Positions 34,824 through 45,092 are shown, numbered from the stretch's first letter. The stretch is DNA of 64,000 nt from an uncultured Calditrichaceae bacterium (GCA_964416895.1 CAYQGB010000001.1:7065-71064); one strand, 5' to 3'. The notes: generated by a model not told the origin, from the letters alone. Numbers and translations: made by a program.

Positions 34824-37448
34824 CTATTTCAGCAGCAGCATCTTCCGGGAATCCTCAAACCGCTCCACCGGTTGGGAAAGCGTTTCTGCGGTCATCCGGG
34901 CCACATACACCCCGCTGGCCATTGCTGTGCCCTCATCCCCTGTTCCGTCCCAGACGGCCGCATAAATTCCCGGCGCGTGGGGTCCATTCACCAGCGTGCG
35001 AACCTTTTGTCCCAGGTTATTAAACACCTCGATCTTCACTCGTGCCGTTCGGGGCACCCGATAGCGGAGTGTGGTAGTGGGATTAAACGGATTGGGGTAA
35101 TTGGCCTCCAGGGCGAATCGTTCCGGGAGGTCGTATTCATCCGGATCAACCCCGGTGGTAACCAACGCAAACTGAAAGGTATCCTCTGCGGTCCGGGTAA
35201 ATGCTCCGTCGGTTACCTCCACCGTCCAGTGGTATGTTCCGTCGCCGGGAAACAGAGACGCCGGCACCGAAAGCATCGTATCGGAAGTATTCAGGGTTGT
35301 ATCCCATTGACTCTCCCACAGGTGCAGAGAATACATCAGAGAATCCCCGTTGGCGTCGATGCTCCGCTCCCACAGAAAGTCGATGCTCTGGCTGCTGAGG
35401 GTAGTATCGTTTGCCGGGGCGATCAGAGAAAACGGCAACGGGTTGTAATTGAACAGAGGACGATAAATCCCCAGATCCAGGTGATCGGACACATACACCC
35501 GGGAGCCGTAATGGGAAACCCGCATCTGTCGGGGGACTCCGGAAGTGTTATAAGTTCCCAAACTCACCGGCTGCTCCGGATCGGTAATATCGAACACCTC
35601 GATAGTGCGGTCTCCGCGGGTTACAAAAATCAAATTATTCTCCCCGGTGATATACCACACGCTGGAAGCAGTGGGGATGGTAGTCACCGGCATCAGAATA
35701 TGGTTCATATCCCGCAGCACCACAATGCCGGTAAAGTCGGCCACATACACATAGCCGTTGTGCAAGTACACGTCGAAAGCCGAGCCGGGAGTATCATACC
35801 AGTTGTACATGAACCCACCCGAAGGGTTGGCGACATTATAAATCTGAACCCCCTGAGTCAGCCCGGCCACATAAGCCCATTCGGTTCCCTGCATACGCAG
35901 CGATTCCGAGGCTCCTCCCAGGATACTCACGGTTCCCAGCGTCTGAAATGCTCCGCCGGTCACCCGCATAATCGTAAGCCGATTGATATCGGCGATAAAC
36001 AGAGTATCCCCGATCATCACCATACTGTTGAGTTGATCGAATCGCTGTCCGGCGGCAATGGTCGCCTGATTGATGATCAGGGGGTGGTTCAAATCGGTAA
36101 TATCCACCAGATACAGATGATGGACCCAGTTGGGCCAGCTAATTTCGTAGCCGCGCACCACGGCGTAATTCCCGCCGGCGACCACACAGAACGCCTCGTT
36201 GGGAATCTCCACCGTGGAAATCAAATCCGGTTGAGAAGGATTGGTTACATCCACGATGCGTAGAAATCCCCCGAAAGCATTATTTCGGGAATTTCCCTGC
36301 GCCACCAGCGCGTAAGTGTGCCCATCTCGTTCCAGAATGTGCGTGCTTTTGCTGACTCCCGAAATCGTCTGGAAACTGGAAATTTCCATCGGATTGGTGA
36401 TGTTGGTCATATCCCAGATATGCACCGTCCAGCCGTTGCCGTTGGGCTGTCCCCGATCCAGAAAAAACATATACGGGTCGGTAAACGCTCCCAGACTATA
36501 ATGCCAGTAAAAGGGATTGGAATTTCCCCCTCCACTGGCATACACCAGCGTGGGAGAGACAGGATTGGAAACATCGTATATCTTCCACACCCCCTGCCAG
36601 TGGTTCAGGATCATGTAATTTCCCCGAAGGGCAATATCATAAATCGAACTGGAACCGGCCGGAAGCGTGTTGTAGACCACCACCGGTTGGTTGGGATTGC
36701 TTATATCATACACAAAAAGCGCCAGCGTCGTCACCACATACAGGTAATTCCCACTGATCGCCATATTTCCCCAGCAGGTGCCGCCGGAATTATAAGCCAT
36801 AGAAAAAGTCAGTACGGGCTGGGCAGGATTGCTAATATCCAGCACATAGAGATGCAACCCGGTGGTCAAATACAGCGTATTGCCGTAACGCATCAATGAA
36901 GTCAGATCAATGTTGCCCGAGGCGGGAAGTGTCCATTGATACACCGGCGTCACCGCAGCAGGATTCGAGACATCGAACACCCACAATTCCGAATTGCTGG
37001 AAACATAAGCATAGTGATCCTTGAGTTCTATCCCATACGCGCCGCTGTCGATCTCCACATAATTCACCAGTTCGGGGTGGTAAATGTCCTGAATATCCAC
37101 AATTGTTAGCCCCGTCCAATCGGCGATGAAGGCCAGAGAGTCGGTTAAACGGAATCGGGTAGCAAAACCGGGAGTGCCCACCCGGGAAACCTCTACCGGA
37201 GCGGTAACCGTGGAAACATCATAGATGCGCAGCCCGTACATGTCGGTGACATACAGCGTATCCCCGGAGAGCTGTGCATCCACGCCTACCAGGGCATCCA
37301 TGTCTCCCTTCACCAGGGTTTCGGAATAGATTTGCATTCCCTGATTTCCCCAATATTGAGCCGGGGAAATGCCGGGAAAGATCAAGAGCAATACCAGAAA
37401 AATTCCGATATGCTCCCGCCATCGCAAAATATCGGTTGCATCGTTCAT
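34824..37448 (-). CDS. LVIVD-repeat beta-propeller cell-surface protein with T9SS-type C-terminal sorting domain
   Basis: At least 11 repeats of the LxxxDVSNPxxP type (LRIYDVSTVTAP, LWVFDVSNPAAV, LYVLDISNPAQP, LFVYDISNPNQP, IYDVSNPVSP, LRIVDVTNPSQP, IEVFDITDPEQP). The C-terminus NYPNPFNPTTTLRY...KIEVFNNLGQ...SGVYVARM...KMLLLK is the T9SS sorting signature. Signal peptide at the N-terminus. Confidence 0.7.
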   Translation of the reverse strand: MNDATDILRWREHIGIFLVLLLIFPGISPAQYWGNQGMQIYSETLVKGDMDALVGVDAQLSGDTLYVTDMYGLRIYDVSTVTAPVEVSRVGTPGFATRFRLTDSLAFIADWTGLTIVDIQDIYHPELVNYVEIDSGAYGIELKDHYAYVSSNSELWVFDVSNPAAVTPVYQWTLPASGNIDLTSLMRYGNTLYLTTGLHLYVLDISNPAQPVLTFSMAYNSGGTCWGNMAISGNYLYVVTTLALFVYDISNPNQPVVVYNTLPAGSSSIYDIALRGNYMILNHWQGVWKIYDVSNPVSPTLVYASGGGNSNPFYWHYSLGAFTDPYMFFLDRGQPNGNGWTVHIWDMTNITNPMEISSFQTISGVSKSTHILERDGHTYALVAQGNSRNNAFGGFLRIVDVTNPSQPDLISTVEIPNEAFCVVAGGNYAVVRGYEISWPNWVHHLYLVDITDLNHPLIINQATIAAGQRFDQLNSMVMIGDTLFIADINRLTIMRVTGGAFQTLGTVSILGGASESLRMQGTEWAYVAGLTQGVQIYNVANPSGGFMYNWYDTPGSAFDVYLHNGYVYVADFTGIVVLRDMNHILMPVTTIPTASSVWYITGENNLIFVTRGDRTIEVFDITDPEQPVSLGTYNTSGVPRQMRVSHYGSRVYVSDHLDLGIYRPLFNYNPLPFSLIAPANDTTLSSQSIDFLWERSIDANGDSLMYSLHLWESQWDTTLNTSDTMLSVPASLFPGDGTYHWTVEVTDGAFTRTAEDTFQFALVTTGVDPDEYDLPERFALEANYPNPFNPTTTLRYRVPRTARVKIEVFNNLGQKVRTLVNGPHAPGIYAAVWDGTGDEGTAMASGVYVARMTAETLSQPVERFEDSRKMLLLK

Positions 37449-37556
37449 TACACATCCCCCCTTCAGTCTGGATAAGCATAAACGTTGGATTGCTTTCGGG
37501 CAACCTTTCAGATTTCCTTACCAACCTATTTTGCCGAAATCCACATTCGTTCCGGC

Positions 37557-39143
37557 TTACTCCGCCTCCTCCCTCAGTTTCGCCCGAATCAAATCCCGTT
37601 TTTCTTTGAAGCCGTAGAAAGTGAGATGCTTTTCCGGTTCCTGCGCCGGGAAGAGAAAGCTGGCAATATACCCCACAAAAAACAGCACCAGATGGCTGTA
37701 CACCCCGATCATATATTTGTGATGGGTAAAGTTGTAATCCCCCAGATCCAGCAGCAGGCGCTTCTCCCCTCCGATGGGCAAAGGCGTGGATGTAAGCACC
37801 GCCCAGGCGGTAAACAGTACACAGGCGGCAATGCCAATATAGGCCCCCTGTTTATTGGTTCGATTGCTGAACAACCCCAACAGGAACAGCCCGGCAATTC
37901 CCCCGGAGAAGATGGCATACAGGGTAAACACCACCCCCAGCACCCCTTTGTTGCCGGCCTTGACGTAGAAGGTCGCCACCCCCACGGCGGCAAGGCCGGA
38001 AAGCGCCACCAGAAGGCGGCCCACCCACAGCTTCTCTTTTTCCGAACAATTGGGCCGAAACCGGAGATAATAATCCTCCAATCCCACTGCCGCCAGACTG
38101 TTCATGTCCGAGTCCAGGCTGGAGATGGCCGCAGCAATTAACGCCGCGACAATCAAACCGGTGATGCCGGGGGGAAGCTTGGTCATAATGAAATAGGGGA
38201 ACACCGCATCCGCGCGGATGCCCTCCGGGAGCGGCGCGCCGGTCAGGTTATAATATGCATACAGCGCGGTACCGATGAACATGAACAGCGTCCATACGGG
38301 AACGCACAGCAACACCCCGGTCATGGCCGCTCGAATGGCGTCCTTATCGGAACGAGCGGTGAGATAGCGTTGCACGATGGTTTGATCGGTGCCGTATTTT
38401 TGAATGGCGTAAAAAATCCCATTAATCGCCATCACGAAAAAGGTCAGCCTGGTGAAATCCCAGTCGTACGGGGCAAACCCGATCTTATCCTGTTCCAGGG
38501 CAAAGTTGAGCACGGCTGCCGGCCCCCCGGGCGGGGTGAACAGCAGAATGATCGCACACAGGACTCCCCCGACCATAAGTAACAGCCCCTGAATCACATC
38601 CAGCCAGATCACCGCCTCGATCCCTCCCAGCACGGTCAGCAGCACCACGGTGATCCCGATAATCCAGATCACCACGTAAGTATTCAGTCCCATCATACTG
38701 GCCAATGCCAGCGCCAGAAGAAAAAACACCGTCCCCATCTTGGAAAAGTGAGCCGCCACAAACCCCAGTGAGGTATACAGACGGGCGAAAAAGCCGAAGC
38801 GTTTTTCAAAATATTCGTAAGCGCTGATGCCGATAACATCCCGGTACAGGGGAACGATGAACCAGACCATAAACACCAGCACCACCGGCACCATCAATCC
38901 CTGCACCAGCAATATCCAGTTAGAGGAGTACCCCGCTCCGGGATAAGCCAGAAAGGTGACGCTGCTGATCAGAGTGGCCAGAATCGACAGACCGATGGCC
39001 CAGGAAGGCAAACTCCCTTCCGCCGCGAAATAGCGCCGAGTGCTCTTCTGCCGTCGGGAAAAGTAGGCCCCAATCGCCAGCGATACGATCAGGGAAATAA
39101 CGATCACCCCAAAATCCAGGGGGTGTAGCATGTTCTGTTCCAT
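37557..39143 (-). CDS. Sodium:solute symporter (SSS family)
   Basis: SSS-like N-terminal region (AIGAYFSRRQKSTRRYFAAEGSLPSWAIGLSILATLISSVTFLAYPG) and about 13 TM segments. The start was set at ATG 39143, which has GGAGGTGG 4 nt upstream. Confidence 0.8.
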   Translation of the reverse strand: MEQNMLHPLDFGVIVISLIVSLAIGAYFSRRQKSTRRYFAAEGSLPSWAIGLSILATLISSVTFLAYPGAGYSSNWILLVQGLMVPVVLVFMVWFIVPLYRDVIGISAYEYFEKRFGFFARLYTSLGFVAAHFSKMGTVFFLLALALASMMGLNTYVVIWIIGITVVLLTVLGGIEAVIWLDVIQGLLLMVGGVLCAIILLFTPPGGPAAVLNFALEQDKIGFAPYDWDFTRLTFFVMAINGIFYAIQKYGTDQTIVQRYLTARSDKDAIRAAMTGVLLCVPVWTLFMFIGTALYAYYNLTGAPLPEGIRADAVFPYFIMTKLPPGITGLIVAALIAAAISSLDSDMNSLAAVGLEDYYLRFRPNCSEKEKLWVGRLLVALSGLAAVGVATFYVKAGNKGVLGVVFTLYAIFSGGIAGLFLLGLFSNRTNKQGAYIGIAACVLFTAWAVLTSTPLPIGGEKRLLLDLGDYNFTHHKYMIGVYSHLVLFFVGYIASFLFPAQEPEKHLTFYGFKEKRDLIRAKLREEAE

Positions 39144-39187
39144 AAAACCACCTCCGATAAAATGTTCCGAAATGGAGAAGCCGTATT

Positions 39188-40345
39188 CTATTCCCACAGA
39201 CAGGAAGGCCAGCTGTAGCTTCCCGGTTTGACGGTCAAATAAGGAGTTTCTTTGTCTGCGATTTTCAGACGCACCACGCCCAACGCTAGCTCCTGCACCG
39301 GGGTAAATCGGTTCCAGTGCAATCGATTCAACACCGCCGCCGCAGTGGCCCCCCCTTCGATGACCAGTTCATCAATTTGAACCTGATGAAACAGCTTTTC
39401 TACCAGTCGGGCGGTAAACCCGGCTAACAGGGAAGGAACGTTCCGATTTTTCACCGGGGATTGCCCAATAGCCACAATCACCCGGCGAGAAGCATTAAAT
39501 GCATCGACAATCGAGGTGAACCAGCGTTGCAGGGTCTCCTCGGAAAAGGTGCTCAGATCGGAGAGATCACCGGGGAACAGGCAAATCGGATAGGGCATGC
39601 ATCTCAGTTGTTGCAAAAACTGCTGACTATAACCGGAACGGCTCCCCAGGAGAAACAGCATCTTGCGATGGCGGAAATCCACTTCCTCCGGATAGGGCAC
39701 TCCCCGGGGCCTGCACCTTCGGGATTCCAGAATGACCTCGAAAAATTCCGAACCGCCGGCGGGGAGCACTGCCGGGCCTAAGGCCTTCGTCCACTTTTTC
39801 AGATCCTCCCGGGAAGCCACCTCACCGATCACAATCCCTTCCGGGGGAAGCGGCTCCTCGGGGCTTTTCAGCACCAGAGGGGCTTTACCTTCCTGACCGA
39901 TGAGATCCAGCACATAAGCGCTCTGCACCGGATGACGGCGCCCGATCCCCAAATCCGTTTCGTGCAATGGCTTACCCTGCAGATAATAAACCCCATTCCG
40001 AATCACCCGTCCACGGGAAGGATTGGCCGGGAGCAGCAAAATCAGGCGGTAATCCAGCCCTTCCAGGAGGTGCTCCAACTCCAACCGAACGTGCCCCCGT
40101 AGCACCGAGTCGGTTTTCTTATACAGGAAATCCAGTGGAAGAGGCCGAATAGCAGTCACCACCTGCCGCATCCGATGGGAAACATCGGTTTGAGTTCGGG
40201 AACGGGAGTCCACATCCATCACCAGAAGCTGGGGCCGGGAAGAAAAATCCAGATCCCGCCGCACTTCCACCTGAAATCCACACCGAAAACCAATCCCCGC
40301 CAGCTCCGCTGCACCGGTAAAATCATCTGCCAGCACCAGCTTCAT
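39188..40345 (-). CDS. Four-carbon acid-sugar kinase family protein (DUF1537; OtnK / threonate / erythronate kinase-like)
   Basis: N-terminal MKLVLADDFTGAAELAG is the DUF1537 signature. Size is about 385 aa. It is adjacent to a PdxA-family gene, the canonical partner. Confidence 0.75.
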   Translation of the reverse strand: MKLVLADDFTGAAELAGIGFRCGFQVEVRRDLDFSSRPQLLVMDVDSRSRTQTDVSHRMRQVVTAIRPLPLDFLYKKTDSVLRGHVRLELEHLLEGLDYRLILLLPANPSRGRVIRNGVYYLQGKPLHETDLGIGRRHPVQSAYVLDLIGQEGKAPLVLKSPEEPLPPEGIVIGEVASREDLKKWTKALGPAVLPAGGSEFFEVILESRRCRPRGVPYPEEVDFRHRKMLFLLGSRSGYSQQFLQQLRCMPYPICLFPGDLSDLSTFSEETLQRWFTSIVDAFNASRRVIVAIGQSPVKNRNVPSLLAGFTARLVEKLFHQVQIDELVIEGGATAAAVLNRLHWNRFTPVQELALGVVRLKIADKETPYLTVKPGSYSWPSCLWE

Positions 40346-40369
40346 GCCTCGTTTCCCACAGGTTTTCGA

Positions 40370-41413
40370 TTACGCTCTTTTCGACCGACCGGCCAGTTGC
40401 ACCGCCACCTGTATGGCTTCCAACAACGGTTCTTCACTGGCTTTGCCCGTCCAGGCAATATCGAACGCCGTCCCATGATCCACCGAAGTGCGAACAATAG
40501 GAAGTCCCAGGGTAACATTCACCCCGTACATTTTCTTAATACTTCCCGATTGAGCATCCCAATGAAAGGTGAGCATTTTAAAGGGGATGTGCCCCTGATC
40601 GTGGTACATGGCCACGCACCCGTCGTACAGTCCATCTTTGAGTTGGCTGAACAGGGCATCGGGGGAGATCGGGCCTGCAGCCTGAATACCCTCCCGACGG
40701 GCATCTTCCACGGCGGGGCGTATTTCCCGGGCTTCTTCATCCCCGAAGAGTCCCCCATCGCTGGCATGAGGATTCAGCCCGGCCACGGCGATGCGCGGTC
40801 GATCTACCCCGAAGCGCCCACAGGCCTGATTCAGCAAACGGATCACTTCCAGCACCCGTTCCCGCTTAACCCGGTCGCACGCTTCCCGAAGGGAAACATG
40901 GGTGCTGACATGAGCAATCCGCAAAGAACCGTGCACCAACAGCATGGTGACGGAAGCCGCACCGGTATAATGGGCCAGGATTTCCGTGTGACCGGCAAAA
41001 GGATAACCGGCCTGATGAAGGGCTTCCTTATGAATGGGGTTGGTGACCAGGGCATCCACTTCGCCGCTCATTGCCAGCTGGATGCCCCGCTGGATGGCAT
41101 GAAACGCCGCCCGGCCCGCCGCCGGGGAAATTGTTCCCGGCGGCACCGCCTCCGATAACGGCTCCTCCAGCGGCAACACTTCCACAATTCCGGGTAGAAA
41201 TTCTGCTTCCGCAACAGAACGAAGCTGCCTCAGTTTTAAGTGCGGTGCGATCAGTTCCACCGCCTTTTGCAGGGTGAGCTTATCGCCGACGATCACCGGG
41301 CGGCACCGCTCATAAAGGTCGGGATGCAACAGGGCTTTCACGGCGATCTCCGGGCCGACGCCGGCCGGATCGCCCATGGTGATGGCAATGAGAGGTCGAT
41401 ATGCATCGTTCAT
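40370..41413 (-). CDS. PdxA family NAD-dependent dehydrogenase (PdxA2-like 4-phospho-acid-sugar dehydrogenase)
   Basis: PLIAITMGDPAGVGPEI near the N-terminus and GHTEILA are PdxA motifs. The start was set at ATG 41413, overlapping the upstream stop (ATGA). The longer ORF-track extension overlaps the neighbouring gene and has no family match. Confidence 0.8.
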   Translation of the reverse strand: MNDAYRPLIAITMGDPAGVGPEIAVKALLHPDLYERCRPVIVGDKLTLQKAVELIAPHLKLRQLRSVAEAEFLPGIVEVLPLEEPLSEAVPPGTISPAAGRAAFHAIQRGIQLAMSGEVDALVTNPIHKEALHQAGYPFAGHTEILAHYTGAASVTMLLVHGSLRIAHVSTHVSLREACDRVKRERVLEVIRLLNQACGRFGVDRPRIAVAGLNPHASDGGLFGDEEAREIRPAVEDARREGIQAAGPISPDALFSQLKDGLYDGCVAMYHDQGHIPFKMLTFHWDAQSGSIKKMYGVNVTLGLPIVRTSVDHGTAFDIAWTGKASEEPLLEAIQVAVQLAGRSKRA

Positions 41414-42339
41414 GAGGAAAAAAACTCCGGCCACTCCTGTTTGATTTCCCGGAACTGTTGCCCGATGCTGCGGGCTTCTTCCTCGCTGCAAGGGATTAGC
41501 GGGGGAAGCACATGCGGCGCACACAGCCCCATTTGATGCAGAATGACTTTGAGGGCCGCCAGCGCCTGGCTCAACCGCCGTTGAGATTGATACAGGGCCG
41601 ACACCCGGTCGGAGATCTTCTGGAGATGCTCCACCACTTCCCAATCCTCTCGATCGGCCGCGATAAGCATCTGATGGTATAGCCCGGGAATCACATTGCC
41701 GGTGCCGGGAACCATTCCCCGGCTCCCCCACCGAAGGGCATTACCGATCCGGGCACCCCAACCGGTCAAATGGGCAAAATCGGGGCGTTCCCGGAACAAA
41801 GCCACCGCTTCTCGCAGACGGGTCTCATCGCGCTCGGAATCTTTAATCCCGATGATGTTCGGATGATGACTCAACGCTTCCACCACCGACAGGGGAATCG
41901 AATGGTGGGTGGTAACCGGGATGTTGTACAACAACAGGGGCACGGGAAGCCGGTCGGCCAGGAGGGTGAAATACATCTGCATTTCCGTCCCGCCGATAGG
42001 ATAATAACCAGGGGGATGCGCCACCACCGCATGAACTCCCAATTGGGTATATTCTTCCGCGGTTTCCAGAGACTCTTCCATACAGGTGCCGGAAATACCG
42101 GCAAATACCGGCTGCTTTCCCCGGCTTACCTCACAGACCGTCTTTACCACCTGAGTGCGTTTTTTCCTGGACAGGGAGGCGTATTCTCCGGTGGTGCCCA
42201 GAATAAACGGGCTGGCGTTCGCTTCTACTACCCGGTGGGTTAATTTTTCCAGGGCAGGAACATCTATTTGCCCGTCTTCGGTAAAAGGCGTCACTAACGG
42301 AACGAAGACGCGACGCAGGGTGAGCGGGGAACTTTGCAT
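41410..42339 (-). CDS. Dihydrodipicolinate synthase / N-acetylneuraminate lyase family aldolase (class I, Schiff-base)
   Basis: VPLVTPFTEDGQIDVPALEKLTHRVVEANASPFILGTTGEYASLS matches the DHDPS/NAL N-terminal signature. About 309 aa. Confidence 0.75.
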   Translation of the reverse strand: MQSSPLTLRRVFVPLVTPFTEDGQIDVPALEKLTHRVVEANASPFILGTTGEYASLSRKKRTQVVKTVCEVSRGKQPVFAGISGTCMEESLETAEEYTQLGVHAVVAHPPGYYPIGGTEMQMYFTLLADRLPVPLLLYNIPVTTHHSIPLSVVEALSHHPNIIGIKDSERDETRLREAVALFRERPDFAHLTGWGARIGNALRWGSRGMVPGTGNVIPGLYHQMLIAADREDWEVVEHLQKISDRVSALYQSQRRLSQALAALKVILHQMGLCAPHVLPPLIPCSEEEARSIGQQFREIKQEWPEFFSS

Positions 42340-42357
42340 AAATCCTCGTAGGTTGGG

Positions 42358-43503
42358 TTAAAATGCGCGTTCATAGATCTGGACGGCGTCTTCCAGAGTT
42401 ACCGGACGCAAATTGTTTTTCAGCAAACGGGTTACTTTCAGGGCCCCTTCGGCCATCCGGGGAATGGCTTCCCGGGGGATATTCAGTTCCGATAAGCAGG
42501 TGGGTATTCCACACTGCCGGGCCAATTCAACAATGCGTTCAATCCCCTTGCGGGCAATCACCTCCTCGGAGCCGGTATCGGCCACGCCCAGCGCCCGGGC
42601 AATTTGCGCATACCGCCCGGGAGCAGCAGACACGTTGAATTCCAGAACGTAAGGCAACAGCACGGCATTGGAAATTCCGTGGGGCACATGGAATTCTCCC
42701 CCCAGAGGATAGGAAAGGGCGTGCACCGCCGCGGTATTGACCGGCCCCAGGCACATGCCCCCATAAAGGCTCCCCAGAGAAAGGGCAGCCCTCGCCTCCG
42801 AATCATCCCCGTTGTCCACTGCCCGTTTCAAATGCCCACCGATCAGTCGTACCCCTTCCAGCGCCAGAGTGTCGATCATGGGGTGGGCAAATTTGTTGGC
42901 GTAGGCCTCGATGCAGTGGGTTAACGCATCCATGCCGGTGGCGGCAGTGACCTGAGGGGGAACGGTACGGGTTAAGGCCGGGTCAACGTAGGCAAAATCC
43001 GGCACCAGATGGGGGCTGATAACCCCTTTCTTCAACTGATCGGCGGGATCCAGCAGAATGGCATTGGGAGACACTTCCGAGCCGGTGCCCGAGGTGGTGG
43101 GCAAACAGGCCAGGGGCAGGGTTCGCCGCTTCAGGTTACCGATGCCCAGCACCTCCAACAGCCCCTGTTCATTCCGGTATAGCGCCGCCACCAATTTGGC
43201 CACATCCAGCACACTCCCTCCGCCGATGCCGGCCACCGCATCCACCCCGGATTGATGAGCCTGTTCCAGCACGGCGGCAAAGGTGTCAAACGAGGGTTCG
43301 GTGCGGATGGAGGTATCCAGAACCACCTCCACACCCGCTTTTTTCAAGGCAACTATTTTCCCCTCTATCAAAGGGAGTATTTCTTCAATGGTGAGGATAA
43401 ACACCCGTCGGTATCCCTGCCCGGCGAAATCGTGTACGAAGACATCCGCACACCCCTCGCCGAAACAGAGCTTTCGTGGATTGGTGATGGCAATCTGCCG
43501 CAT
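42358..43503 (-). CDS. Iron-containing (group III) alcohol dehydrogenase
   Basis: GGGSVLDVAKLVA NAD-binding motif. Fe-ADH His-rich region (HALSYPLGGEFHVPHG). 381 aa. Confidence 0.8.
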   Translation of the reverse strand: MRQIAITNPRKLCFGEGCADVFVHDFAGQGYRRVFILTIEEILPLIEGKIVALKKAGVEVVLDTSIRTEPSFDTFAAVLEQAHQSGVDAVAGIGGGSVLDVAKLVAALYRNEQGLLEVLGIGNLKRRTLPLACLPTTSGTGSEVSPNAILLDPADQLKKGVISPHLVPDFAYVDPALTRTVPPQVTAATGMDALTHCIEAYANKFAHPMIDTLALEGVRLIGGHLKRAVDNGDDSEARAALSLGSLYGGMCLGPVNTAAVHALSYPLGGEFHVPHGISNAVLLPYVLEFNVSAAPGRYAQIARALGVADTGSEEVIARKGIERIVELARQCGIPTCLSELNIPREAIPRMAEGALKVTRLLKNNLRPVTLEDAVQIYERAF

Positions 43504-43521
43504 GATTCTATCCCGAAATTA

Positions 43522-45012
43522 TCACCCTTGTTTGTTGGGATGAAGCATATCCAGATACTCATAGTCCTTATCCTGGGGCCAGTCTTTCTCCGGCCAGTAC
43601 TGCTTTTCAGGATCAAAATCCGGGTTTACCGTCATCATCTGAGCGTTCACGTCCTTCAGCCATTTGTGGAACATCTCTCGCAATTGTTTCACTTTTTCCG
43701 GCATACGGTCGGCCAGGTTATTGCTCTCACTCATATCTTCGGTGATCCGGTACAGATCCACCTGATGCTCTTCATTCAAAAGCGTCTGCTCGTACCACTC
43801 AATTAGTTTATACTCTCCCCATCGAATGGCCCCCGAGGGTTTGAATCCCTGACGGTGATAATGGGGATAATGCCAGCACAGCGCCCTCTCGGGGAGAGTG
43901 CCCCCGCCGGTGAGAAGGGGCATTAAACTGACCCCATCCACGCTTCCGTCGGGCACCTGCGCCCCGGCGATTTCGGCAAAGGTGGGGAAAAAGTCATTGG
44001 ATATGACCGGCACATGGGAGACGCTTCCCGGCTGGATGACTCCCGGCCAGCGAATGGCGAAAGGCACCCGAATGCCCCCTTCAAACACCATCGCCTTGCC
44101 GCCCCGCAACGGCGCCTGATCCTGAAGATATTTGAATCCCCCGTTATCGGAGAAAAACACCACCACGGTGCGTTCGGCCAATCCCAGTGCATCCAGCTTA
44201 TCCAGAATTTTGCCGATTCCCCAGTCCATCCGCTTGATCATGGCCCCCATGATGGGGTTGTTCACCGGATCGGCGTGGTGAGGTTTGGTCTTGTAGTAGT
44301 TGATCAAATCTTTGTTTTCCATCAACGGGCGGTGCACCACATGATGCGACACATAAGCGAAAAACGGGCGATCTTTATTATGTTCGATAAACTCCAGGGT
44401 TCTGCGGGTGATTTCAATGGCGTGGTGGGCATCTTTATCGGGATCGGCGTCTGGTTTGGGTTTCACCGAGGTATATACCACATCAAAGCCCTGAGAACCC
44501 GGATCGCCCGGCCGACCGGGCTGGTAATTTTTGTCGTAATTCAGATGCCATTTACCAAAATGCCCGGTGACATATCCCTGTTGCTTCAGCAACTCCGCAA
44601 TGGTGACTTCTTCCAGAGGGAGCGCCCGCACCTGTTGGGGGGTTTTCAGTTTGGCGTAGGGATAGCGGTTGCCGGGAAGATAATCGGTCAGGTGCAGCCG
44701 GGCGGGATATTTGCCGGTGAGAATACTGGCGCGCGCCGGAGAACATACCGGGGCGGCGGTGTAAGCATCCGTAAAATAGATCCCCTCGTGGGCAATGCGG
44801 TCGATGTTGGGGGTATCGTAAAAGTCGCTCACCCCGTGGTATCGCACCTGATTCCACCCCTGATCATCGGACAGGATAAACACTATATTCCAGGGTTTAT
44901 CGCCGGAACCCGACCGGGCCAGCAGGGAATTCAGCCCCCCCGGCCAGAGACTGCTTGCCGCCAGCGCCAGCGATCCCCGACCACAAACTTTCACAAACTT
45001 ACGCCGGTTCAT
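43522..45012 (-). CDS. Cys-type sulfatase (arylsulfatase family) with twin-arginine-like signal
   Basis: Sulfatase signature CSPARASILTGKYPARLH (C-x-P-x-R core). N-terminal MNRRKFVKVCGRGSLALAASS is a Tat-type signal. About 496 aa. Confidence 0.85.
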   Translation of the reverse strand: MNRRKFVKVCGRGSLALAASSLWPGGLNSLLARSGSGDKPWNIVFILSDDQGWNQVRYHGVSDFYDTPNIDRIAHEGIYFTDAYTAAPVCSPARASILTGKYPARLHLTDYLPGNRYPYAKLKTPQQVRALPLEEVTIAELLKQQGYVTGHFGKWHLNYDKNYQPGRPGDPGSQGFDVVYTSVKPKPDADPDKDAHHAIEITRRTLEFIEHNKDRPFFAYVSHHVVHRPLMENKDLINYYKTKPHHADPVNNPIMGAMIKRMDWGIGKILDKLDALGLAERTVVVFFSDNGGFKYLQDQAPLRGGKAMVFEGGIRVPFAIRWPGVIQPGSVSHVPVISNDFFPTFAEIAGAQVPDGSVDGVSLMPLLTGGGTLPERALCWHYPHYHRQGFKPSGAIRWGEYKLIEWYEQTLLNEEHQVDLYRITEDMSESNNLADRMPEKVKQLREMFHKWLKDVNAQMMTVNPDFDPEKQYWPEKDWPQDKDYEYLDMLHPNKQG

Positions 45013-45092
45013 CCGAAACTCCCATCTTCATTAAAGGGTGAAAACTTGCGTTTCTCCACAGATATAAAATTTCCGAGTTTTTCGCTACCGAC

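Noticed and set aside
35146-36899. Several short plus-strand ORFs (35201-35398, 36318-36899 and others) inside the LVIVD-repeat gene
   Set aside because: These are shadow ORFs on the opposite strand of a long, repeat-supported coding region.
41414-41731. N-terminal 106-aa extension of the PdxA-family ORF
   Set aside because: The extension overlaps the DHDPS-family gene and is Gly/Ser/Arg-rich with no family match. The PdxA homology begins at ATG 41413, which overlaps the upstream stop.
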